64,000 nucleotides of DNA from Frankiaceae bacterium (GTDB taxonomy: Bacteria; Actinomycetota; Actinomycetes; Mycobacteriales; SCTD01), in the NCBI GenBank assembly GCA_947479995.1, contig CANKBT010000001.1, positions 25,313 to 89,312 of the forward strand, given 5' to 3'. The notes under the pieces were generated by a model. The model saw only the letters and a program-made list of their open reading frames with translations, ran no database searches and was not told the DNA's origin. The translations under genes were made by a program, and so were the position numbers. Numbering within the stretch: position 1 is the first letter of the stretch; every line of letters begins with the position of its first letter. Shown one piece after another: positions 9,466 to 19,141 of this stretch.

Positions 9466-10236
9466 GTGACTCAGCCGACCGATCTGCTCACGATCGACCA
9501 GCTGGCGCTGCAGTCCGGGATGACCGTGCGCACGTTGCGCTCGCACGCCTCGCGCGGCTTGCTGCAGCCGCCCATCATCCGGGGCCGGACCGGGTACTAC
9601 GGTCCGGCGCACCTGGCCCGGCTCGGGTTCATCCGCGACATGCAGGACGCCGGCTTCAGCCTCGCCAGCATCGAGCAGATCCTGGCCGGAGTGCCGGCGG
9701 ACGCCGGCGAGGCCGCGCTCAGCGTCATCCGCGGCCTGCTCGCCCCCTGGCGCAGCGAGCCGCCGGTGGTGTACGAGATCGAGGAGCTGCTCGGGCTGTT
9801 CGGGCCGCAGGCCGGGCCGGAGCACCTGGACGCGCTGATCGAGATGGGCGGTGCGGAGCTCACGCCGGACGGCCAGGTCCGGGTGGTGAGCCCCGGACTG
9901 CTCGCCGCCGGTGCCGAGGGCGCTCAAGCCGGCCTGCCCCTGGAGGGGATCCTGGAAGCCGGGCGGCTGGTCGCGACGTCGGCCCAGGAGGTGGCCGAGA
10001 GCTTCGTGGCGCTGTTCCGCGACAGCGTCTGGAAGGACTTCATCGACGCCGGCACGCCGGAGCAGGAGTGGGTGCGGATCACCGGCGTCCACGCGCGGCT
10101 CCAGCCGCTGGCGGTGCAGGCGTTCCTCAGCGCCTTCCAGCGCGCGATGAGCACGTCGGTGAGCTCGGCGCTCGGGCAGGAGCTCGGCGGGCAGGCCCAG
10201 GAGGCGCTCGACCGCCTGCTCGGCAAGACGGGCTGA
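9466..10236 (+). CDS. MerR-family transcriptional regulator
   Basis: N-terminal MerR HTH (LTIDQLALQSGMTVRTLRSHASRGLLQPP...GYYGPAHLARLGFIRDMQDAGFSLASI). Confidence 0.8.
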   Translation: MTQPTDLLTIDQLALQSGMTVRTLRSHASRGLLQPPIIRGRTGYYGPAHLARLGFIRDMQDAGFSLASIEQILAGVPADAGEAALSVIRGLLAPWRSEPPVVYEIEELLGLFGPQAGPEHLDALIEMGGAELTPDGQVRVVSPGLLAAGAEGAQAGLPLEGILEAGRLVATSAQEVAESFVALFRDSVWKDFIDAGTPEQEWVRITGVHARLQPLAVQAFLSAFQRAMSTSVSSALGQELGGQAQEALDRLLGKTG

Positions 10237-10255
10237 CGGTCCGTCGAGGCCCGGC

Positions 10256-11917
10256 TCAGCCGGGCACCCTGGCCCGCGCGGAGCGCTGACCGCCCAGGGC
10301 CGCCAGCTCGGTGGCCTCGGTCACCTTGACCCGGGGCCGCCCCGAGGCCTGACCGCGGCTGCGCTCGACCGCGTCGATGCGCCGCCAGCCGTCGACGTCG
10401 GTGGCGTGCGGGCAGCGCTCGCGCACCAGCCGGTCGAACTCCGTCGCGGTTCTCGCGGGGTGCCCCACACGTCCGGCGTTGACGTCGTCGAGCAGCCGGT
10501 TGACGGTGTCGCGCGCGCAGCTCTTGTTGGTCCCGATGAACCCGGTGGGCCCGCGCTTGATCCAGCCGACGACGTACGTGCGGTCCCGGCCGAGCACGCG
10601 CCCGTCGTCGTTGGGGACGACGCCGCGGACGTCGTCGAAGGGCAGGTCGGGGACCGGAACCCCCCGGTACCCGATCGACCGCAGGACCAGGCCGGTCGGC
10701 AGCTCCTCGGTCGCGCCGGTCGGCACGGCCACCGGCCTGCCGTCGGCTCCGGCCGTCAGCTCGTTCTGCGCCAGGACCGCCGCTGTCACGCGGTCGGCGC
10801 CCAGCAGGGCCACCGGCGAGGTGAGGAAGCGCAGGACGATCCGCCGCCGCGCGCCCCGCGGCTGCTCGGCGGGAGGCAACGCCCGCACCGCTTCGACCTT
10901 CTGGGCCACCGCGTCGTCCGGCCCGGTGTAGGGCGCGGGAGGGGGACCGTGCCGGACGACCTCCAGGTCCGGGCGGGACAGCAGGCCGAGCAGCTCGGGC
11001 AGCGTGAAAGCGGCCTCCGCAGGGCTCCGTCGAGCCAGGACCACGACCTCGCGAACCTGACTGGCGCGCAGCGCCTGCAGCGCGACGTCGCTGATGTCCG
11101 TGGCGGCCAGTCGGTCCGGGTCGGTGGCGAGGATGCGGGCCACGTCGAGTGCGACGTTGCCGTTGCCGACCACCACGGCGCGCTCGGAGGTCAGGTCGTA
11201 GCTGTGGTCGGCGTGGTCGGGGTGGCCGTTGTACCAGGCGACGAAGCGTGTCGCGGTGTCGCTGCCGGTCAGGTCCTCGCCCGCGATGCCCAGCCGACGG
11301 TCGTGCGCGGCCCCGGTCGCGTAGACGACGGCCGAGTGACAGGACAGCAGCTCGTCGTGCGTGACGTCGCGGCCGACGTCGACGCCGAGCAGGTAGCGGA
11401 ACCCTGGGCGGTTCTCGATCTGCCAGAACAGCGAGGTGATCTTCTTGGTGTCGGGGTGGTCGGGGGCGACGCCGGAGCGCACCAGGCCGTACGGCGTCGG
11501 CAGCCGCTCCAGCACCGTCACCTCGACACCGCGCTGCTTGAGCAGCTCGTCCGCGGCGTAGAGCGCGGCCGGGCCCGACCCGACGACCGCGACCCGAAGC
11601 GGGAGCCGCTCGGGGTCGAGCCGGACGAGCCGGGGGACCGGCGCCTGCGCCGGCCGGCGCTCGGGGTAGCCGCTGTAGCGGGCGTTGACGTCCACGAAGG
11701 GGAGCTGCTCCGGGCGCAGCTTGCCGGCCGGGACGATCGCTCCGACGGGGCAGGCGTCGACGCACGCCCCGCAGTCCACGCACGCCACCGGGTCGATGTA
11801 GAGCATCTCGGCCGTGGCGAAAGCGGGGTCGTGCGGGTTGGGGTGGATCGCGTTGACCGGGCACGCGAACACGCAGGAGGCGTCGCTGCAGCAGGACTGC
11901 GTGATGACGTGCGGCAT
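10256..11917 (-). CDS. Ferredoxin-fused NADPH:ferredoxin oxidoreductase (FprB-like)
   Basis: The N-terminus has two Fe-S Cys clusters (CVFACPVNAI; CVDCGACVDACPVGAI). This is followed by an FprA-type flavoprotein (VAVVGSGPAALYAADEL; VVVGNGNVALDVARIL). Confidence 0.85.
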   Translation of the reverse strand: MPHVITQSCCSDASCVFACPVNAIHPNPHDPAFATAEMLYIDPVACVDCGACVDACPVGAIVPAGKLRPEQLPFVDVNARYSGYPERRPAQAPVPRLVRLDPERLPLRVAVVGSGPAALYAADELLKQRGVEVTVLERLPTPYGLVRSGVAPDHPDTKKITSLFWQIENRPGFRYLLGVDVGRDVTHDELLSCHSAVVYATGAAHDRRLGIAGEDLTGSDTATRFVAWYNGHPDHADHSYDLTSERAVVVGNGNVALDVARILATDPDRLAATDISDVALQALRASQVREVVVLARRSPAEAAFTLPELLGLLSRPDLEVVRHGPPPAPYTGPDDAVAQKVEAVRALPPAEQPRGARRRIVLRFLTSPVALLGADRVTAAVLAQNELTAGADGRPVAVPTGATEELPTGLVLRSIGYRGVPVPDLPFDDVRGVVPNDDGRVLGRDRTYVVGWIKRGPTGFIGTNKSCARDTVNRLLDDVNAGRVGHPARTATEFDRLVRERCPHATDVDGWRRIDAVERSRGQASGRPRVKVTEATELAALGGQRSARARVPG

Positions 11918-11921
11918 GCGG

Positions 11922-12983
11922 TCAGGCCGCGCTGAGGAAGGCCGGCGGCGGCTCGCTGCGGTACCGGCTGGCCGGCCCGTCGATCTTGCACTTGCGCCAC
12001 AGCTTGCGCGAGGCGCGGGTCATCAGGTTCGACTGCTCGGCGAGCATGCGGACGTCCCCGAACAGGTTCTGCAGCCGCTCCTGCGACTGCGGGGAGTCCC
12101 AGAACAGGTCGTTCTTGACCTCCTCCGGGATGTCGAACCGCTCCCAGAACTCGCGCGGCGGCACCATGATGGCGTCGCAGAGGTAGCGCATCAGCAGCGG
12201 GAGCACGAGAGCCGTCAGGTGGCGGCTGATCGGCTTGAGGTGCGGCGCGCGCAGCTTGACGGCTTCGTGCGCGAAGGAGATGTGCCGCGCCTCCTCGGCG
12301 ATGTGGATCGCCATGACGCGCGCCAGGACCGGCGGCAGGTTCTCGGCTGCCCGCAGGATCTCCTTCTGCGTGTGGTCGATCGGTTCCTCCCCGGCGAGGA
12401 TCCCCAGGAAGAAGATCACCGGGACGCTGTTGACGAGCATCGGGAGCACGGGGGCCAGGGCCCGCAGCGCCCGCGGCATGCCGGGCACGTCGGCCCCGAT
12501 ACGGTTCACCGCCTCCTGGAACATCTGGGTGTGGTGGCACTCCTCCGTCGCCTCGTGCGACAGGTAGCGGTACTCGGGCGAGCCGTTGGGCAGCGCGAAG
12601 ACGTACTGCATGATCGCGCGGATCAGGACGTTCTCGAACTGCAGCCCCACCTTCAGGACGTTGGCCTGCCGCCAGAGGCCGATCTCGATCTGCCGCTCCA
12701 GCGGCAGCGCCTGGTACCAGGGGTGGGCCCCGATGGGATCGGCGTGGGCCGGCAGGACCCACCGCGGGTCGTCCTTGCGCACCTGGAAGTCCGGGTCGTC
12801 CCACGGCACGTCGACGAACGCGTCGAAGTGCCGGGCGACCGAGGCCTCGGAGAGCTGGCGCAGCACCTGCTCGTACTCCGCACGCGTGCGGATGACGACG
12901 CGCTGTGCGGTCGGCGGCTCCGCGGCGCGCTCTGCGCGGGCACGGGAGGTCGCGGGGGAGGGGGCGGTCGCGAGGGGGGACAT
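11922..12983 (-). CDS. AurF-like ferritin-fold diiron oxygenase
   Basis: Two E..H diiron motifs (SHEATEECHHTQMF; HIAEEARHISFAHE). The start was chosen at ATG 12983 behind GGAGGA. The ORF-track start at 13079 lies in a lower-GC promoter region. The stop is 4 nt from the fprB-like start. Confidence 0.7.
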   Translation of the reverse strand: MSPLATAPSPATSRARAERAAEPPTAQRVVIRTRAEYEQVLRQLSEASVARHFDAFVDVPWDDPDFQVRKDDPRWVLPAHADPIGAHPWYQALPLERQIEIGLWRQANVLKVGLQFENVLIRAIMQYVFALPNGSPEYRYLSHEATEECHHTQMFQEAVNRIGADVPGMPRALRALAPVLPMLVNSVPVIFFLGILAGEEPIDHTQKEILRAAENLPPVLARVMAIHIAEEARHISFAHEAVKLRAPHLKPISRHLTALVLPLLMRYLCDAIMVPPREFWERFDIPEEVKNDLFWDSPQSQERLQNLFGDVRMLAEQSNLMTRASRKLWRKCKIDGPASRYRSEPPPAFLSAA

Positions 12984-13035
12984 CGGTCCTCCAGAGGGGT
13001 GGTCGCTCACGGGGGTCGAGAGAGTGTCTGTCTTT

Positions 13036-13085
13036 GATACGCCGAAAACCGTGACGTCAAACTCTGTCACGTCGAACATGTCTCG
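13036..13085. promoter_or_regulatory. Phased pentamer operator, copy 1 (GATAC-N10-GTGAC-N10-GTCAC-N10-tctcg)
   Basis: The core 20-bp palindrome GTGAC-N10-GTCAC lies at 13051-13070, 55-100 nt upstream of the AurF-like start. It shares its architecture with the sites at 15557 and 19132. Confidence 0.55.
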
Positions 13086-13095
13086 TCCAGTCCGG

Positions 13096-13920
13096 TCAGC
13101 GGTGCCGACGCACGTAGCGCATCTCCAGCCGCCCGACCGCGCTGCTCAGGCCCGGGGCTAGGCGGATGGCCCGCCAGGCGACCCGGGCGCTGCGCGGCGC
13201 GACGACGAGCGCCTTGTTCCGGTCCATCCCGCGCAGGATGTCGACGGCCAGCAGGTCGGCGTCGTAGAGGTGCCGCTGCGCCTTGGTGGCCAGGTCGCGC
13301 CCGCGCTCGGCGAGGGCCGGCTTGGGCAGGTCCTCGGGACCGGCCTTGTCGAGGATGGGTGTGTCGGTGAAGCCGGGGCAGACCGCGGTGACGCGGATCC
13401 CGTGGCTGGCCGCCTCGGGGCGCAGCGCCAGGGACAGCCCCACGACGGCATGCTTGGTCATCACGTAGGGCGTCAGCAGCGCTGCCGGGACCAGGCCGGC
13501 CAGCGAGGCGGTGTTGACGATGTGCCCGCTGCGCTGACGGACCATGACGGGGAACGCGGCGTGGACGCCGTGGACGACGCCGCGCAGGTTGACGTCGATG
13601 GCGCGGTCCCAGTGCGCGAGGGACAGCTCTGCCATCTCCCCGCCGACGCCGATCCCGGCGTTGTTGACCATGACGTCGAGCCGGCCCTCGGCCTGCACCA
13701 CGCGGTCCACGAGGTCCTGCACGGCGGTGGCGTCGCGGACGTCGAGGGGCGCGGCCCAGGCGCGTCCCGGCCCGGTCTCGTTGAGCTGCTTGGCGTGCAG
13801 CTCGGCGCCCTCGGCGTCGATGTCGGCGACCACGATGGTGTCGCCCCGGGCGACCATCGCGCGGGACAGGGCGGCACCGATGCCCGAGGCCCCCCCGGTG
13901 ATGATGGCAGTGCTGGTCAT
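13096..13920 (-). CDS. Short-chain dehydrogenase/reductase (SDR)
   Basis: TGGASGIGAA cofactor motif, NNAG, and catalytic YVMTKHAV (YxxxK). Confidence 0.85.
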   Translation of the reverse strand: MTSTAIITGGASGIGAALSRAMVARGDTIVVADIDAEGAELHAKQLNETGPGRAWAAPLDVRDATAVQDLVDRVVQAEGRLDVMVNNAGIGVGGEMAELSLAHWDRAIDVNLRGVVHGVHAAFPVMVRQRSGHIVNTASLAGLVPAALLTPYVMTKHAVVGLSLALRPEAASHGIRVTAVCPGFTDTPILDKAGPEDLPKPALAERGRDLATKAQRHLYDADLLAVDILRGMDRNKALVVAPRSARVAWRAIRLAPGLSSAVGRLEMRYVRRHR

Positions 13921-13970
13921 GGCAGTCCTTCAGGAGGCGGGCAGGGGCCCGGCGGGAGGAGGGGAGGCGG

Positions 13971-15497
13971 TCAGGCAGCGACCGGCACCGGCGCGGTGCG
14001 GGCCTCGTAGCGGGACAGGTCGATGCGCCGGGTGCGCCAGCGCAGCTCGAAGCTGAAGCCGGGCCACAGGGTCGTGTTGCGGCCGTTCTCGTCGAGGTAC
14101 CAGGAACCGCAGCCGCCGGAGGTCCACACCGTGCCCTCCATGCGCTCCTGGACCTCGTCGTTGAAGGCGTCCTGCGCGTCCTGGCGCACGTCGAGGCTGA
14201 TCACCCCGCGCTCGTCCATCGCGCGCAGTGCGTCGAGCACGTACGCGACCTGCGACTCGACGAAGAAGATGACCGAGGTGTGGCCGGGCCCGGTGTTCGG
14301 GCCGACCAGCAGGAACAGGTTCGGGAAGCCGGCCACGCTCGTGCCGAGGTAGGCCTGCGGGCTTCCCTTCCACCGCTCGGCGAGCGTCTCGCCGTGTCGG
14401 CCGCGGACGCGGTCGGCGATGGCGATGTCCGTGACGTGGAACCCCGTCCCGAAGATGATCGTGTCGACCTCGCGCTGCCGCCCGTCGGCGGTCGTGACCC
14501 CCTTCGGGGTGATGGCGGTGATGCGGTCGGTGACGACCTCGACGTTGGGCTGACTCACGGCCGGGTAGAACCCGTTGGCGATGAGGATGCGCTTGCAGCC
14601 CAGCTTGTAGTCCGGCGTGAGCTTGGCCCGCAGGACAGGGTCCTTCACCGTCCAGCGCAGGTGCGCCCGAGCCAGCTTCTCCACGCCCTTCATCAGCTCG
14701 GGCTTGTGCACCAGGCCTGGCAGCATGGCCTCCTGACGCCAGTACACGCCGGCGCGGACGGCCTTCTGCAAAGCCGGGACCGCGGCGTACAGGCGCTGCT
14801 GCGCGGCGGGGATCCGCCGGTCCGGTCGGGGCAGGATCCACGGCGGCGTCCGCTGGAACAGGTGCACCTGGGCGGCGGCGCGCTGCACGTGCGGGACGAA
14901 CTGCACCGCGGAGGCGCCGGTGCCCACGACGGCGACGCGGTCGCCGGTGAGGTCGTGGTCGTGGTCCCAGGTGGCGCTGTGGAAGGTAGTGCCCTCGAAG
15001 GTCTCGATCCCGGGGATGCTGGGGTAGGCAGGGTCGCTCAGGGGGCCGGCTGCGGACACGAGCACGCGAGCGCGCACGGTGCCCCTGGGCGTCTGCACCT
15101 GCCACTCCTGGTCGGCCTCGACCCAGTGGGCCTGCGTGACCTCCGCGGAGAAGACGATGTGCGGCAGGAGGCCGAACTCCTGGGCGGTGCGCCGCAAGTA
15201 GGCATGGATCTCGGCCTGCGGCGAGAAGGCGCGCGACCAGTAGGGGTTGAGCGCGAAGGAGAAGGAGTACAGGTTCGACGGGACGTCGCAGGCGCAGCCC
15301 GGGTAGCTGTTGTCGCGCCAGGTGCCGCCGAGGTCGGCGGCGCGCTCGAGCACGACGAAGTCGTGCTCGCCGGACTGCTTGAGCCGGACGGCCATGGCCA
15401 GGCCGGCGAAGCCGCTGCCGATGATGGCGACGCGGACACCTGCCGGCGGCGTCGACGCGGACGGCAGGGACACCTCGGACATAGTGGGTGCGGACAC
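13971..15497 (-). CDS. Baeyer-Villiger / flavin-containing monooxygenase
   Basis: FAD motif IIGSGFAGLA, BVMO fingerprint FEGTTFHSATWD (FxGxxxHxxxW), and NADP motif VVGTGASAVQ. The start was chosen at GTG 15497, which follows GAGGGAG plus 5 nt. ATG 15482 is the alternative. Confidence 0.8.
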   Translation of the reverse strand: MSAPTMSEVSLPSASTPPAGVRVAIIGSGFAGLAMAVRLKQSGEHDFVVLERAADLGGTWRDNSYPGCACDVPSNLYSFSFALNPYWSRAFSPQAEIHAYLRRTAQEFGLLPHIVFSAEVTQAHWVEADQEWQVQTPRGTVRARVLVSAAGPLSDPAYPSIPGIETFEGTTFHSATWDHDHDLTGDRVAVVGTGASAVQFVPHVQRAAAQVHLFQRTPPWILPRPDRRIPAAQQRLYAAVPALQKAVRAGVYWRQEAMLPGLVHKPELMKGVEKLARAHLRWTVKDPVLRAKLTPDYKLGCKRILIANGFYPAVSQPNVEVVTDRITAITPKGVTTADGRQREVDTIIFGTGFHVTDIAIADRVRGRHGETLAERWKGSPQAYLGTSVAGFPNLFLLVGPNTGPGHTSVIFFVESQVAYVLDALRAMDERGVISLDVRQDAQDAFNDEVQERMEGTVWTSGGCGSWYLDENGRNTTLWPGFSFELRWRTRRIDLSRYEARTAPVPVAA

Positions 15498-15556
15498 GTG
15501 GGCTCCCTCGTCGGACGTCGGCTGGCTCGTGGCAGAGGCATCTCTCCGCCCAAGTC

Positions 15557-15606
15557 GTGACATCTCCAATCGTAACGTCATTCAGCGTCACGCACAAGGG
15601 CGTCAT
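15557..15606. promoter_or_regulatory. Phased pentamer operator, copy 2 (GTGAC-N10-GTAAC-N10-GTCAC-N10-GTCAT)
   Basis: The core lies at 15572-15591, 60-110 nt upstream of the BVMO start, and overlaps the stop of the small upstream ORF. Confidence 0.55.
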
Positions 15607-16057
15607 CGTCCACCTCGTGGTCGGCCGCCTGCGCGCGCCGGGCCAGCGCGCCGCGCACACGCGCCAGCCGGGCGGCGCCCGGCAGCGCGACCAGCTCCTG
15701 CGCGACGAGGTCCACACGGGACAGCAGCGACTCCAGACCGGCGCGGACCACCGTGACGTCGTGCTGCGTCTGCGCCAGGCCGGCCAGCACCGGCAGGACG
15801 TCGTCCGACAGGCGGGGGAGCACCTCGGGCAGGGTCGCGTCCACCTGGGCCAGGACCCGTCGGGACGTCGCGAGGACGTCCTCGGCCTCGTCCAGCAGGC
15901 GATGGCACCGGGCCGGCAACTGCACGGTGAGCGTCACGGCGGCTGCCGCGGCGGCCGCCGTGCCGGCCGCCCCGGTGAGGGTGCCGCGCACGGCCGCGAG
16001 AGCACCGGTCAGCACGGCTGCCGGGCCGCCCGCCGCTGGCGGGGCGGCGGCCGTCAC
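15578..16057 (-). CDS. Hypothetical Ala/Leu-rich helical protein coupled to the MMPL gene
   Basis: The GTG at 16057 overlaps the MMPL stop (GTGA). This is the in-frame tail of track ORF 15578..19156 and reads as ordinary protein (LLDEAEDVLATSRRVLAQVDATLPEVLPRLSDDVLPVLAGL). No family was recognised. Confidence 0.45.
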   Translation of the reverse strand: MTAAAPPAAGGPAAVLTGALAAVRGTLTGAAGTAAAAAAAVTLTVQLPARCHRLLDEAEDVLATSRRVLAQVDATLPEVLPRLSDDVLPVLAGLAQTQHDVTVVRAGLESLLSRVDLVAQELVALPGAARLARVRGALARRAQAADHEVDDDALVRDAE

Positions 16058-19000
16058 GACGGTCCGCCGAGCACGACGGCCACCTGTCGCCGCAGGGCCG
16101 CGACGCGGCCGGGCAGCTCGCTGATCCGGCGCCAGGGGTCGGTGCCGCTGGGCCACCAGTTGTACCGGCCGAGCAGGGCCGCCAGCGCCGGGACGAGCAG
16201 GGTGCGGACCAGGAAGGTGTCCAGCAGCAGCCCGGCCGCGATGGCGAACCCGTTCTGAGCCAGGGCGTCGATCCCGGTGAACAGCATGGCCACGAAGCTG
16301 CCGGCGAAGATGACGCCGGCGGCCGTGATGACGCCGCCGGTGCTCGCCACCGCCCGGGCGATGCCGGCGCGGTCCGCGGACGGCGCCTCCTCCCGGATGC
16401 GGGACACCAGCAGGATGTTGTAGTCGACGCCCACCGCGACCAGCAGCACGAACGACAGGACCGGCACCGTCCAGTCGACGGTCTGCCCCAGCAGCCCCTG
16501 CCACACCGCGACCGTCAGCCCGAGCGCCGCGACGTAGTTGAGGAGAACGGTGGCCAGCAGGTACACCGGCGCCACCAGGCTGCGCAGCAGCAGGACGAGC
16601 GTCAGGAACACCACGGACAGGACCGACACCAGCATGAGCGCCAGGTCGCCGGCCGAGAGCTCGCGCAGGTCGCGCGTGGCGGCGGCCGGGCCGGTCGCGA
16701 GGATCTGGGTGGTCGCCAACGGCGTGCCGTGCAGCGCGTTGCGAGCCGCGGCCTGCGCGGCGTCCAGCCGGGCCTCCGCCGCGGCCTCGCCGGCCGGTTC
16801 CCCGTAGACGAGCAGGCGAGCGGTGCGGCCGTCGGGCGACAGGTAGAAGTCCCTGGCCAGCGCGAAGCTCGCGTCCTGGAAGGCGGCCGGGGGCAGGTAG
16901 AACGCCGAGACCCCGGCCGTCGTGGCCTGCTGCGAGGTCTGGGTCAGGGCGTCCGCGGCCTGTCCCAGGCCGGACTCCAGCTCCTGCGTCGCGCCGGTCA
17001 GCGCGTCGACGCCGCCGGCAAGCTGACCCGCTCCGCCGGACAGCGCCTCGGCGCCGGACACCAGCTCGTCCAGGCGGGCCGCGAACTGCTGCGCGCCCGT
17101 GGACGCCTGACCGATGCCGGCCTCGAGCTGGCCGATCCCCCCGTCGAGCCGGGCCAGGCCGCCCCGGAGCTCGGTCGCGCCCTCGGCCAGCCGGCTCGCG
17201 CCGTCCCCCGCCGTCTGCAGGCCCGGCAGGAGCTGGTCCCGCTGGCCGACGTAGATCTGCTCCAGCCCGTCGCGGGCCTCGCGGCAGACCGGGTCCACGG
17301 AGCACCAGCGGGTCGTTGCGCAGGGCCTCGGAGATCCGGCCGAGCCCGTCGACGGCCGGTGCCACCTGCTCCCGTGCGGCCCGCAGTCCCGCGTCCAGCT
17401 CGGCCAGCCCGTCGGCGAGCTGGCCGCTGCCCTGCAGTGCCGCCCGGGACCCGGCGCGCAGCTGGGCGACCCCGCCGCCGGCCTCGGCGATGCCGCTGGC
17501 CAGCCGGTCCGCCGCCCGGTCGCCCTCGACCGTGCCCGCGACCAGCTCGCGCAGCCCCTGGGCGAGCTGGTCGGCGCCGCTCTGCAGCCGGTCGGCGTCG
17601 TCGGAGCCTCCCGCCAGCTGCTGCTCGGCCTGGCGCAGGCGGTCCCCGACCAGCCCGACCTGGGCGGGCAGCTGGGCCTGGTCGATGGGCTCGCCCTGCG
17701 GCCGCGTGACGCCGCGGACGGAGGCGACGCCGGGGACGCGGGCCACCGCCTCGGTCGCGGCCTCGAGGGCGACGAGGCCTTCGGCGGTGCGCAGGTCCTG
17801 GTCGGCGGCCAGCACGACGTAGTCGGCGCGCAGCTCGTCGGACGGGAAGTGCCGGCCCAGCGCCCGCTCGCCGGCGGCGCTGTCCGATGCAGCCGGCTGG
17901 AGGGCGCGGACGTCGTAGGCGCGATCGATCGCCGGCAGCCCGGCCGACAGCGCCAGCAGCAGCAGGAGCCCCACGCCGAGGACCGCGGCCGGGCGCCGGA
18001 CGACCGCGCCGCCGACGGCCGACCACCACCGGGAGGGCCCGGCCGCCAGCGACCGAGGTGCCGCCCGCAGCCCGGCCAGGGCGGTCAGCGCCGGGGTGAG
18101 CGTGAGGCTCACCGCGAGCGTCACCAGCACCGACACGGCCAGCGACGGCCCTGTGGTGCGGAACAGCGCCAGCTCGGTGAACGCCATGCACGCCGTGCCG
18201 ACCGCCACGGTCGCAGCCGAGGCCAGCAGGACGGTCCCGACCTTGGCCGCGGCGACCCGCGTCGCCACGAGGGCCGGGTCGCCCGCGCGCAGCCGCTCGT
18301 GGTACCGGGCGATGAGGAAGATGCCGTAGTCGGTCCCCGCCCCCAGGACCAGGGCGGTGAGGAAGGCGGCGGTGTACGTCGAGACCGGCAGCCCGTGGCC
18401 GCCGAGGAAGGCGACCGCTCCCCGTGCCGCCAGGAGGGCCACGGCGATGCTGCCGAGCGGGATGAGCACGGTGACGACCCGGCGGTAGATCAGTGCCAGC
18501 AGGCCCACGATGATCAGGACGCTGAGCACCGTGACGAAGGCGACCTCCGCATCGAGCTCCTCGTTGATGTCCACGAGGGTGGCCGGGTCGCCCGTCACCG
18601 CCGTCTGGACGCCGGGCGGGTGCGCGCCGGCATGCTCGCGCAGGAAGGCGATGTCCTCGGCCGCCTCCGGGCTGCCGAGCGGGTGGCGGATCGCGACCGG
18701 CAGGTAGGCGGCCTGGCGGTCGGGGCTGACGAGCGCCTGCTCGAGACTGGGTTGGGAGACCGGGTCCTGCACGTCCGCCACGTGTTCGGCGCCGGCGCGC
18801 AGCCGGTTCGCCAGCTGCCCGAGCCAGGCGACGTCGGCTGGCTCCAGCGGGCGGTCCCGCTCGACGACGACGAAGGCGACGGACGCCGCCTCACCGCTGC
18901 CGAACGCCTCGTCCATCACCTTGAAGCCGCGGGCCGCCGGTGTGTCCGCCGGCACGAAGGCCGTGGCGTCGCGGGCCACGACGGTCTCCAGCTGCGGGAC

Positions 19001-19141
19001 GGCGAGGTTCAGGATGCCCGCCACGGCCAGCCAGGCGAGCACCGTCAGCCAGGGCCGGCGGGTGCTCAGGCGCCCCAGCCAGCCGAACGCACGCTCGCCT
19101 CGGTCGCTCGACGCCACGCTCACCCCCGACAGTGACGCCAT
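16054..19141 (-). pseudogene. MMPL/RND-family transporter with a central X-X-X-Leu-X-X-Gly heptad-repeat insert; interrupted by one frameshift near 17305
   Basis: The N-terminal half is in the frame of ORF 15578..19156 (RRPWLTVLAWL; GTDYGIFLIARYHERL) up to ...RISEALRNDPL. The C-terminal half is in the frame of ORF 16054..17298 (CSVDPVCREARDGLEQ...; VGVDYNILLVSRIREE). The total length is 3n+1. The start (ATG 19141, TTG 19156 or GTG 19117) is uncertain. Confidence 0.8.

Noticed and set aside
13072-13085. LexA/Cheo-box-like TCGAAC in the AurF-like promoter
   Set aside because: Only one half-site is present (TCGAACATGTCTCG), with no GTTC partner at the required spacing. The sequence is better explained as part of the phased operator.
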